Source: Macrostomum lignano
Taxonomy: Eukaryota
Reading direction: 5' to 3'
Length of the DNA stretch: 64,000 bases
NCBI GenBank assembly: GCA_002269645.1
Contig: NIVC01000581.1
Span: forward strand, 462,633 to 526,632
The translations under genes were made by a program, and so were the position numbers. Positions within the stretch are counted from its first letter, which is position 1, and each line of letters starts with the position of its first letter. The notes under the pieces are model-generated. The model was given only the letters and a program-made list of their open reading frames with translations. It was not told the DNA's origin and searched no databases. This document shows, piece after piece, positions 11,277-22,095 of the stretch.

Positions 11277-12775
11277 AGGATCAGGGGTGATCAGACGGAT
11301 TGGGGAGGGTGATCAGAAAGGGAGTGGAGAGGGTCAGGGGTGAACAGACAGGGAGTGGGCAGGGTCAGGGGTGATCAGACAGGGAGTGGGGAGGGTCAGG
11401 GGTGAACAGACAGGGAGTGTGCAGGGTCAGGGGTGATCAGACAGGGAGTGGGGAGGGTCAGGGGTGATCAGATAGGGAGTGGGGAGGGTCAGGGGTGATC
11501 AGACAGGGAGTGGGGAGGGTCAGGGGTGAACAGACAGGGAGTGGGCAGGGTCAGGGGTGATCAGACAGGGAGTGGGGAGGGTCAGGGGTGAACAGACAGG
11601 GAGTGGGCAGGGTCAGGGGTGATCAGACAGGGAGTGGGGAGGGTCAGGGTGATCAGACAGGGAGTGGGGAGGGTCAGGGGTGATCAGACAGGGAGTGGGA
11701 GGGTCAGGGGTGATCAGACAGGGAGTGGGGGGGTCAGGGGTGATCAGATAGGGAGTGGGGAGGGTCAGGGTGATCAGACAGGGAGTGGGGAGGGTCAGGG
11801 TGATCAGACAGGGAGTGGGGAGGGTCAGGGTGATCAGACAGGGAGTGGGGGGTCAGGGGTGATCAGACAGGGAGTGGGGAGGGTCAGGGTGATCAGACAG
11901 GGAGTGGGGGGGTCAGGGGTGATCAGACAGGGAGTGGGAGGGTCAGGGGTGATCAGACAGGGAGTGGGAGGGTCAGGGGTGATCAGACAGGGAGTGGGAG
12001 GGTCAGGGGTGATCAGACAGGGAGTGGGGAGGGTCAGGGTGATCAGACAGGGAGTGGGGAGGGTCAGGGTGATCAGACAGGGAGTGGGGAGGGTCAGGGT
12101 GATCAGACAGGGAGTTGGCAGGGTCAGGGTGATCAGACAGGGAGTTGGCAGGGTCAGGGTGATCAGACAGGGAGTTGGCAGGGTCAGGGTGATCAGACAG
12201 GGAGTTGGCAGGGTCAGGGTGATCAGACAGGGTGGCGAGGGTCAGGGGTGATCAGACAGGGAGTTGGCAGGGTCAGGGTGATCAGACAGGGAGTTGGCAG
12301 GGTCAGGGTGATCAGACAGGGAGTGGGGAGGGTCAGGGTGATCAGACAGGGAGTGGGGAGGGTCAGGGTGATCAGACAGGGAGTGGGGAGGGTCAGGGTG
12401 ATCAGACAGGGAGTGGGGAGGGTCAGGGTGATCAGACAGGGAGTGGGGAGGGTCAGGGTGATCAGACAGGGAGTGGGGAGGGTCAGGGTGATCAGACAGG
12501 GAGTGGGGAGGGTCAGGGGTGATCAGAAAGGGAGTTGGCAGGGTCAGGGTGATCAGACAGGGAGTGGGGAGGGTCAGGGTGATCAGACAGGGAGTGGGGA
12601 GGGTCAGGGTGATCAGACAGGGAGTGGGGAGGGTCAGGGGTGATCAGACAGGGAGTGGGGAGGGTCAGGGGTGATCAGACAGGGAGTGGGGAGGGTCAGG
12701 GTGATCAGACAGGGAGTGGGGAGGGTCAGGGTGATCAGACAGGGAGTGGGGAGGGTCAGGGTGATCAGACATGAG
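11277..12775. repeat. G-rich 29-30-bp minisatellite (GGGTCAGGGTGATCAGACAGGGAGTGGGGA), about 50 copies
   Basis: Tandem array between the MiT/TFE 3' end and the RNF103 start, with several GGG runs per unit. Confidence 0.98.
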
Positions 12776-13069
12776 TGAGGGAACTCGGTTAACAGAAGCA
12801 GGGCAGGTTCGGCCGAAAGCAGAGCAGACAGGAGACTCAGCTATGTACAGAGGCAGTTGGCATGCGGGGCGCATTTTCTGTCAGTTGCTCCTAGAAGACA
12901 ACAGACAACTCAAAAGGATGGTGAACAGAGCAGAGGTTGAGCACAAAATAGAGAAGGACTGCATCAGTTTGCTTTGCGAAATCCACAACACAAATGAGGT
13001 TAAAACTGAATTCGCATTTAGAAAAGTAAACCGAGAATGAGTAGGCATTGATGGTTTAGACTTAGCCGG

Positions 13070-13256
13070 CCCAGGGCTAAGTGCGCAGATTGCGAACTGA
13101 GGAATCAAGGAATTCCCAGGGCTAAGTGCGCAGATTGCGAACTGAGGAATCAAGGAATTCCCAGGGCGAAGTGCACAGATTGCGAACTGAGGGATCACGG
13201 AATTCCCAGGGCTAAGTGCGCAGATTTCCAACAGCGGAATCACGGATTTTCCCCAA
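13070..13256. repeat. 45-bp tandem repeat x4
   Basis: CCAGGGCTAAGTGCGCAGATTGCGAACTGAGGAATCAAGGAATTC copies. Confidence 0.95.
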
Positions 13257-13729
13257 GGAATTGGCGCCAGCAAATCAAAAATAAAATTTACAGAATAAAA
13301 ACTTTAATCCAAACGTGACACCACATACTTTCAATTCCGCTATTTTCGACTGCAAAATATTCTGGCAAACTACTAAAAGTAGAAGTCGGATTCTGCGACA
13401 CTAAAATTTATTGGAAAAAAGCTTTCTTGCAATAAACCAGAGCAAAATCATATATTACATCAAATAGCGGTTCTGCGTGCAGCAAAGCAAGGAAAACAGG
13501 TTGAAAACTGTGACTTCTCTGTACAGAATATCTACAGAATTGAGAGCGGGTTTGGGGCCGCAGCAGGTCACTCTCTACACGCCATTGCAGATTGCAGAGG
13601 CGCGACTGCGAGGCAGGGGACAAAGGAATACTGCGAGTGGACAGTCCTGTCTGGCTCGGGACAGCAGCACTCTGGAGCCCCGGCTGTGTTCGGACCGTCT
13701 TGTATAGAGTCGGAACTGACAATTCAGGA

Positions 13730-14130
13730 CAACAAAATCACCAGATTCAAGACCACAAAATCATCAGATTTAAGACCACAAAATCATTAGATTCAAGACC
13801 ACAAAATCATCAGATTCAAAACCACAAAATCATTAGATTCAAAACCACAAAATCACCAGATTCAAGACCACAAAATCATCAGATTCAAGACCACAAAATC
13901 ACCAGATTCAAGACCACAAAATCATCAGATTCAAGACCACAAAATCACCAGATTCAAGACCACAAAATCATCAGATTCAAGACCACAAAATCACCAGATT
14001 CAAGACAACAAAATCACCAGATTCAAGACCACAAAATCATCAGATTCAAGACCACAAAATCACCAGATTCAAGACCTCAAAATCATCAGATTCAAGACCA
14101 CAAAATCATCAGATTCAGGACCACAAAATC
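13730..14130. repeat. 23-bp minisatellite (AGACCACAAAATCATCAGATTCA), about 17 copies, immediately 3' of the MiT/TFE stop
   Basis: Direct inspection. Confidence 0.97.
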
Positions 14131-14170
14131 GCCAAAAAAGGCAATAACTTTGTTAGGTCAACCGGAGCGG

Positions 14171-17100
14171 CTAGCTGTGGTCAACAAAGAAGGGGCTGCT
14201 AGGGCCGTCGCAGCCGGAAAACATGGGGTCCAGGTCGCTCATTGTAACGCAGGAGGCGTCCCCATCAACGTCATCGCTGGCCCCGCCGCCGCTGTCCGGC
14301 ATCGCCGAGACGGCAGCGGACGACGACATTCTGCCGAAATCCTCGGTCTTGACAACGACAACTGGCGCAGCGGAGCCGGAGGTGACGGCCGCACTGGCGG
14401 AGGACGCGCCGCTGTCAGCCAGGAAGCCCAGCAGCTCCCGGATGATGCCCTCATCGAAGCTGTTGGCCCGGTACTGCACGCCAGCCTCGCGCATGACCCG
14501 CTCCATGTCCTGCGGTCGGCGGGGCAGACAGGCGGGCTTGTTGGAATTATAGTGGTAAAAATGCTGTCTGCGCTACTCACGGTAGGCAGATACGCTAGGA
14601 AAATCTTCGTTTCAAAGAAGGACACAAAGCATTTTTCCCAAGCCTTAAATTGAACCTGTTTGGGTACTAACTTCCTTCAGACTTCTTAAAATATATGTAA
14701 AGTAAGAGGGCCTGACTGACATTGAGAAATTTCTGTGAAAGCGCTTGTCATGTCAAAGGTGGCACCCACCTGGATCCTGGCCACCAGCGCCTTGTACAGC
14801 TGCTCAAGCTTGCTTTCTCGCAGTGAGCAGGCAGCCAGCCGCTCCTTTAGCTGCGCGTTGGCAGCCTGCATCTCCTTGATGTAATCCACCGAAGCCTTCA
14901 GTATGTTGCCCTTGTTCTTCTTCAGCTCGCTGCGGGCAGGAAGCTTTGTCGTTGAGATCAAACAATAGGAACCATCATCCTATTCAGAGCAAAATCCCGG
15001 TATAACCGTCTGCATTTCAATTTCCATATCTTGCGGGACGCTGAGAACTCCCAAATGGGGATTTTTAGCTGTTGACAGACACGGAACAAAAAAAATTGGA
15101 ATCAGATGGAGCCACAGACTTCTCAGTGATTTACTATGGTAGAGGGAGACTCCTCAGTGATTTACTATGGTAGAGGGAGACTCCTCAGTGATTTACTATG
15201 GTAGAGGGAGACTCCTCAGTGATTTGATAGGGCAGAGGGGACTCCTCAGTGATTTGAGAGGGCAGAGGGGACTCCTCAGTGATTTGAGAGGGCAGAGGGG
15301 ACTCCTCAGTGATTTGAGAGGGCAGAGGGGACTCCTCGGTGATTTGAGAGGGCAGAGGGGACTCCTCAGTGTTTTGAGAGGGCAGAGGAGACTCCTCAGT
15401 GATTTGAGAGGGCAGAGGGGACTCCTCAGTGATTTGAGAGGGCAGAGGGGACTCCTCAGTGTTTTGAGAGGGCAGAGGAGACTCCTCAGTGATTTGATAG
15501 GGCAGAGGTGGGAGACTCCTCAGTGTTTTGAGAGGGCAGAGGTGGGAGACTCCTCAGTGATTTGATAGGGCAGAGGTGGGAGACTCCTCAGTGTTTTGAT
15601 AGGGCAGAGGTGGGAGACTCCTCAGTGATTTGATAGGGCAGAGGGAGACTCCTCAGTGATTTGATAGGGCAGAGGTGGGAGACTCCTGAGTGATTTGATA
15701 GGGCAGAGGAGGGAGACTCCTCAGTGATTTGCTATGGTAGAGGGAGACTCCTCAGTGATTTACTATGGTAGAGGGAGACTCCTCTGTGATTTGATAGGGC
15801 AGAGGGAGACTCCTCAGTGATTTGATAGGGCAGAGGAGGGAGACTCCTCAGTGTTTTGAGAGGGCAGAGGAGACTCCTGAGAGATTTGACTGTGTTAGCA
15901 AAAGCAGCAGCAGCAAGGAAAGCAATAGTAAGAAAGCCGAGGCGAAGGGGCCGCTGCTCACCTCTCCCTGAACCAGGCCTTGGGGATGCACTCGCCCAGC
16001 TCGCTAATCTGATAATTGATGTTCTCGCGCCTCTTCCGCTCGATTCGATTGTGCGACTCCTTTTTGTAGCGGTCGCGCAGCGAGACCGTCTTGTCGTCAT
16101 CCGCCGCCTGGCCGCCGCCAATGCTGAAGCCGACAACCCCGGCAGCGGCAGCGCCGCCGCCAGCTCCGCCCAGCTGCTGGTTCATCGCCAGGAACAGCTG
16201 CGTGCTGGCCGGTGCCGACGTTGAAGGCTTGAAGCCGCCGCTGCCACCGCTGGCGCCGGCCCCGCCGCCTCCACCCAAACCGAAGCTGCCGGTCGAAGCG
16301 CCGTCGTCCGCTGAAGGGGCGCCGAAGCCCGCCAGGTGCCCGCTGTGAGTCTGGAGTGCGGGGACGGGTGGTGCGTCTGGGGGATGCTGAACTACCAGCA
16401 CTGAGACTGGGGGGGATGCTGAACTACCAGCACTGAGACTGGGGGGGGGATGCTGAACTACCAGCAATGAGACTGGGGGGGGATGCTGAACTACCAGCAA
16501 TGAGACTGGGGGGGGGATGCTGAACTACCAGCAATGAGACTGGGGGGGATGCTGAACTACCAGCAATGAGACTGGGGGGGGATGCTGAACTACCAGCACT
16601 GAGACTGGGGGGGGATGCTGAACTGTGATTCGCTAGAGTGACTTGCTAGAATGATTCGCTAGAGTGAATCGCTAGAGTGACTCACTAGAGTGACTCGCTA
16701 GAATGATTCGCTAGAGTGAATCGGTAGAGTGACTCACTAGAGTGACTCGCTAGAATGATTCGCTAGAGTGAATCGCTAGAGTGACTCACTAGAGTGACTC
16801 GCTAGAATGATTCGCTAGAGTGAATCGCTAGAGTGACTCACTAGAGTGACTCGCTAGAGTGACTCACTAGAGTGAATCGCTAGAGTGACTCACTAGAGTG
16901 ACTCGCTAGAGTGACTCACTAGAGTGAATCGCTAGAGTGACTCGCTAGAGTGAATCGCTAGAGTGACTCACTAGAGTGAATCGCTAGAGTGACTCACTAG
17001 AGTGACTCGCTAGAGTGACTCACTAGAGTGACTCGCTAGAGTGAATCGCTAGAGTGACTCGCTAGAGTGACTCACTAGAGTGAATCGCTAGAGTGACTCA

Positions 17101-17474
17101 CTGGAGTGAATCGCTAGAGTGACTCACTGGAGTGAATCGCTAGAGTGACTCACTGGAACAGTGGAAGACAGCTGGCCGAAGGTCGGGTCAATGAAATCGA
17201 TGTCCACCTCCTCCATGGCGTTCTGTGGATCCGACACCGAGGCTGTGGAATTCGGCGACAGAGGCGAGGTCTCCTCCTGCGGACTCTGCTTCACAATGGT
17301 GAGCACCCCGCCTCGGGACTGCGGTTGCTGCCAGGCCGCCTGGCCGCCATTCTGCAGGCTGGAGGCGGCGATGGAGACCGGGGCCCGGGTCACAATGAGA
17401 TTCTGCACTGCAGAGGTGGCTGGCTGGGGCTGCTGCTTGAGCAGCTGCTGGCGCAGGTTTGTCCGGGAGGTCAT
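14171..17474 (-). CDS. MITF: MiT/TFE family (MITF/TFEB/HLH-30-like) bHLH-leucine zipper transcription factor, 4 coding exons, about 402 aa
   Basis: Exons 17474-17154, 16350-15962, 14929-14770 and 14509-14171, GT-AG with consistent phases. N-terminal MTSRTNLRQQLLKQQ matches the MiT/TFE MTSRILLRQQLMREQ motif. Basic region KKESHNRIERKRRENIN; helix 2 NKGNILKASVDYIKEMQ; zipper ending LVARIQ. The family is secure, but the vertebrate paralog name is nominal. Confidence 0.9.
15120..15880. repeat. 29-33-bp minisatellite (GGGAGACTCCTCAGTGATTTGATAGGGCAGA) in MiT/TFE intron 2
   Basis: About 25 variant tandem copies. Confidence 0.97.
16375..17153. repeat. Two abutting minisatellites filling MiT/TFE intron 1: ~31-bp (GGGGGGATGCTGAACTACCAGCAATGAGACT; 16375-16625) and 13-14-bp (GAGTGACTCACTA/GAGTGAATCGCTA; 16625-17153)
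   Basis: Direct inspection. Confidence 0.96.
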
Positions 17475-17711
17475 TCTGGCTGACTGGCTGAGCAGTTTAG
17501 GCGCACAACGTTGAGTAGAGCTGGGCGAATTGCCTGTCTGGCTGGGGGAAGCTGACGCTCCAGTGCAAGCTCAGTGCAAGAAGGCTGTTTATGGAAGCCA
17601 GCAGGGCATGAAGAAGTTTGTTAATAGATGAATATTGAGCAAGGCAGCATTCACCTTGAGTACATACTTATTACACTATTTCATTGTCTCACTAAAATAA
17701 GGCTTTAGTTT

Positions 17712-18017
17712 AAATTTCTAGTATATGGACTGGGGCCAATAAAAGCTAAACAGTTGCATTGCAATTGCTTACTTGTTAGCTCCCATTAAATTTCTAGTAT
17801 ATGGACTGGGGCCAATAAAAGCTAAATAGTTGCACTGCAATTGCTTATTAGTTAGCTCCCATTAAATTTCTAGTATATGGACTGGGGCCAATAAAAGCTA
17901 AACAGTTGCATTGCAATTGCTTACTTGTTAGCTCCCATTAAATTTCTAGTATATGGACTGGGGCCAATAAAAGCTAAACAGTTGCATTGCAATTGCTTAT
18001 TTGTTAGCTCCCATTAA
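17712..18017. repeat. 76-bp tandem repeat x4 upstream of the MiT/TFE start codon
   Basis: AAATTTCTAGTATATGGACTGGGGCCAATAAAAGC... copies. Confidence 0.96.
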
Positions 18018-18155
18018 AAATTCAGAGACAGTTTTGAATATGCCTTTATCAAGGCTAGACCAGGGGATTGCAGCCCAGTGGTTAGAGTATTAGACTCACA
18101 ATTGAAAGGTCAGGGGTTCAATTCTTGACCCACTTGGAACAATTTGTATCCTTAA

Positions 18156-20944
18156 CCTCTTCCACACTGATGCCTTTGGGTCTCACTCACGCAAGTGACG
18201 GATGGTACGCATAGCGAACCATAGAATATTTTGTGGCTGCAGAAACTTTGGCAGCACACCCTTAAGTGCCGGCTAGGTGGGAATTTTTCGCTTTGCCTAT
18301 CTTTCTTTCTTTACGAGTGGCTTATTCCTTTACGGCGTATATAATCGTTTGATTTCGATCTTCTTTAATTCACAGCTCCACCGATTGACCGCCTGGTTTG
18401 TGTGTTTCTTTATTACGGTTAATTTTATTTTTCCTGTGTTACTTTTTATACTATTTTGTGTTTGAACATTTTAGTATGCTTTCCATTTGTGTATATATCC
18501 TGTTTGTAAAGTTATAGGCTTTATTTTGTATCGCTGTTACATTATAAGTTATTTAAATTAGAGCTTTTTGTACCGAATATGGCCATGCAGTTTATTCGTC
18601 AGGCTCTAGTGGGTCTTTGTGGTGGGCCAGCTGAGGTCTTGAGCGATTCTGACAACGGCTCCGAGGACAAGATTTTAGAGGAGGAATCTATGGATGAAGA
18701 TGTGACTGAAGAACAAGGTGATGATGCTGAAATGCAGTGGCGAGGCGTGACTGAGGAGATGGATACACGAGAAAGCGCTGATGTGGAATTTTTCGGTGTT
18801 GAAGGCCTGAATCATGAAGTTCACGTTCCCGCCGACGTTGAGAATGGAGTCGGAAGTTTTTTTTCAATGTTCGTTACTGACGATCTATTGGAAATGTTAT
18901 GCAAGTTTACTAATGCTAGGGCATGGGCCGAGGTGCATTCATGCGAAGAAGATGGTCTTAGTCAAATGCCTGCAAGGTTGTCAGCTTGGCACGATTGCAC
19001 AATTTCCGAGATGAAAAATATGCTAGCCATAATCATGTGCATGGGTGTCATCAAAAAGCCCGACATGCGTGCATATTGGTCCACTGATGAGTTTTACGGC
19101 AGCAGCCTGTTTCAAGGCGAGTTTTGCATCGCTCGAGAGCGCTTCCAACAAATCCTCTCCTTGCGCTTCTATGATTGCCAGGACAACACGAACGCCGACG
19201 ATCCACTAAGAAAGGTGTGCCCATTCCTGCAATATGTTTGCCAAATTTGCAAAAGAAACTACTCACCAGGCAGGGAAGTTGCGGTCGATGAGGAGCTGGT
19301 TCTTCATAAGGGCCGGCTCATTTTCAAGCAGTATATTCCTAAGAAGCGGGCTCGCTTTGGAATAAAAACCTACTGCCTCGTCGACGCCAAAACATACATA
19401 CATATGTCTCTGGAACATACTAGTTCATTCAACACCGGATGAAAATGCTCGCTTCGGAGAGGGCCTGGGCTGCGCTGAACTCAGCATAACTGAAAGAATT
19501 GTTGTTGAGCTCATGCAAGATCTTTTCAGCTTAGGCTACCAAGTATTCACTGATAGTTTCTTCACGTCAATTCGACTTGCCAGTTTTCTTCTTGAGAAAG
19601 GCACCACAATCACCGGTTCAGTCCAGGCAAATTGAGGCATCCCAGACTTGCTTAAGACTGCTAATATTCCAGCTCCCGGCTTTCGCTTCATGCGTAAAGG
19701 TGATGTCCTGGCAATAAAGATGACCGACAAGAAGGCAAGTGGCGTCAAGACTTTGCATCTCCTCGATACTCATGGTGTTGCCGGCTTGGTTGAGCGACAG
19801 ACCATCTGCCGCGGAGGGCTAGTGAAGCTGGTTAGGAAGCCTACGAGCGTAGCGAACTACACCAAATTCATAGGAGGAGTCGATAGACTGGACTTGTGTC
19901 TCCAACTGTACCACCCTAACAGGAAGACATACCAATAGCATCAAAAGTTAGCGCTCCATCTGATGTTTCAACTAGTGCACAATTCCTGGGTTGCCTACTG
20001 AATTTCAGGTGGATCCCGGCCTTTTCTGCGATTTTTGGAAACCTGCATCACTTGGCTAATGAGGAGCACGGGCACTGGGAAGCTGCGGTGCATGTGGACG
20101 ACGCCTGCTACACACGCTGGTGACGGACACTTTCCTTCGAAGCTCCCACCTACCCAGGGAAATCCACGTCCGTCTAAGCGCTGTTGCGCCTGCTACAGAA
20201 ATGGAGTATCAAAGCGCACAGTGACCGTCTGCAAGGGTTGTGTGAATCAGCCGGGACTGTGCATTGGAGACTGCTTCAAGCAGTGGCACGCTTAAGTGCA
20301 GTCCCTGGTTCGTGTGACTCCTCAGTCAGCGTTTAGAGCTTACACAAGTTTGTGCAACTTATCCTGTGCAATGTACGAAACTTGAGTATGTATCGTTGTT
20401 TATTATTTTTGTTCTAATGTCAGCTGTGGAATAGATATTGTAAAAAGTTGTAAATTTGTATTAGCAATGAACGACATCAGACAATTTAGTTATCTAAAAA
20501 AATTACAAGTTCTTGTGAGTTCCAGGTAGCTTGTATGGGATTGAAACACAGAAAACAAGTGCTTAAAAACTTCAAATATCAGTTTTTTCCTCCATACCTC
20601 CTTCAAAAAATCTTTCTTGTGTTTTATACTTTTCTAGACTATACGATTCACATGATATGCCTTTCTTTGTTCCAGTTTTTATTGCAAGAAGTTATTGAGA
20701 AATTGTTCAATAAATTAGTTTATTTTTATAGTACCTAACCATTAAAATATTTAATAAAAAACTTTTGAAAGCCACAAAGTAATTGCATCTCTAATCATGG
20801 CATGCATGGCATACCATTTGTCACTTGTAAGACTGTGTTCTTGCATCTTAAGACTTCTGCAGGTTTAAAAAAAGTTGTCTATGATAGCAAGCGGGCAAAG
20901 CTGTGAGCCATGGTATGCTATGCGTACCATCGGGTTCGATAGGG
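18156..20944 (+). mobile_element. piggyBac DNA transposon (PGBD4-like), about 2.79 kb, TTAA target-site duplication
   Basis: TTAA at 18152-18155 and 20945-20948. Termini CCTCTT.../...ATAGGG. Perfect 15-bp inverted repeat GATGGTACGCATAGC at 18201-18215 and 20917-20931. Transposase remnants inside. Confidence 0.9.
18579..20295 (+). pseudogene. Disrupted piggyBac DDD transposase
   Basis: Catalytic motifs AVDEELV, FTDSFFTS and YTKFIGGVDRLD, plus C-terminal Cys-rich domain KRCCACY...CKGCVNQPGLCIGDCFKQWH. Broken by a frameshift near 19440 and stops near 19635, 19938 and 20000. Confidence 0.9.
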
Positions 20945-21974
20945 TTAAGCAAGACACTTTATTCCAGTCTACATAGATATAAAATGGGTACTAGCATTAG
21001 CCAGGGAATTTGAAGGTGGGTCTGGCAATCCCTTTGGACTAAATAGCTATATGCAACCTTTAGATGTGCTATACAATAGCAGCAACTAAGCTGTTAGTTG
21101 CATATCTGCACATTAGGACAGGTGTAATCAATTATTATTATATTATAATTATTTGGGCTAGGGTCAAATAATAATTTTGTAAACTTTTGTAAATTATTTT
21201 TTTGTAAAATAAGTCTGACTTAATTGTTTGCATATAGTAGATAAATAGTAAACGATGGTATATATTATAAATAATGGCAATAAATAGTATATAAATAAAT
21301 GGTACAAAAATCATCTTCCATTTTCTCTAATGTATATTGAGCCATTTTTTATTATTAGACTTAATCCTAATTCTAACTATAATACTTATAAAGATCTTAG
21401 TCTTATTCCTAATGCTATAATCCAAAAATCTTAAGGCTTTGGCAAAAATTACAAGTAGAATCCCAATATAAAAAATCATATGAAATCAAAAAGTTATTTA
21501 TTTATTTATCTACTAGTTAAATTCTTAAAAAGAAAAATTACTTTTTTATTCAACTTTTTCTTCAAAGTTACAAAATTTAAATGTAAATTGCAAAATTTGT
21601 ATTTAAAGTGGAATACAAAAAATAGATCCTTAGTCTAAAGATACCTAGTTGGACTAAGCCTAGTAGGCCCCCTATGTTATTTTAGCTAAGTTAAACATTA
21701 TACTATCAGTGTTTTTTTAATTATATTCTATTATTAGGCTAAAAGCTTAATACCCTAGTCTAGGTTAATTAAAATATATAAAGAAAACAAATATCAAACT
21801 GCTGAAAAATGGCAAAATTTGATATTTGTAAACAGAAAGCTGAAAGCTAAACTAGGCCTAAAATAATTCAAATAGCTAATAGTAATTCAAAAAGTATACT
21901 TTTGCTCTAGTAGGATAATACCTATTTTTATAGTATATATATGAAGTATTATGAGTATTATAGCCATAGGCCTA

Positions 21975-22095
21975 GACTTATCATTATCTATAAGCCTATA
22001 ATAGGCCTAATCATATTCTATTATAGACCTAGTCATCATTATCTATAAGCCTATAATAGGCCTAATCATATTCTATTATAGATAGGCCTAGTCAA
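21975..22095. repeat. Short AT-rich tandem duplication (about 52-bp unit, 2+ copies)
   Basis: TCATTATCTATAAGCCTATAATAGGCCTAATCATATTCTATTATAGA repeated. Confidence 0.85.

Larger units (their letters stand above)
18063..21060 (+). mobile_element. tRNA-derived SINE split by the piggyBac insertion (5' part 18063-18155; 3' part 20945 to ~21060)
   Basis: A-box-like GCAGCCCAGTGGTTAG and B-box-like GGGTTCAATTC. Removing the piggyBac rejoins GTATCCTTAAGCAAGACACTTT...ATAAAATGGGTAC, a conserved SINE-core-like motif. Confidence 0.65.

Noticed and set aside
9206-12643. Repeat-rich ORFs such as VFVQPGTPS, GCCGMSLDAV and GDQTGSGEGQ as real low-complexity proteins
   Set aside because: They are read-through of intronic or intergenic minisatellites. 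The real RNF103 exons splice around them with consistent phases.
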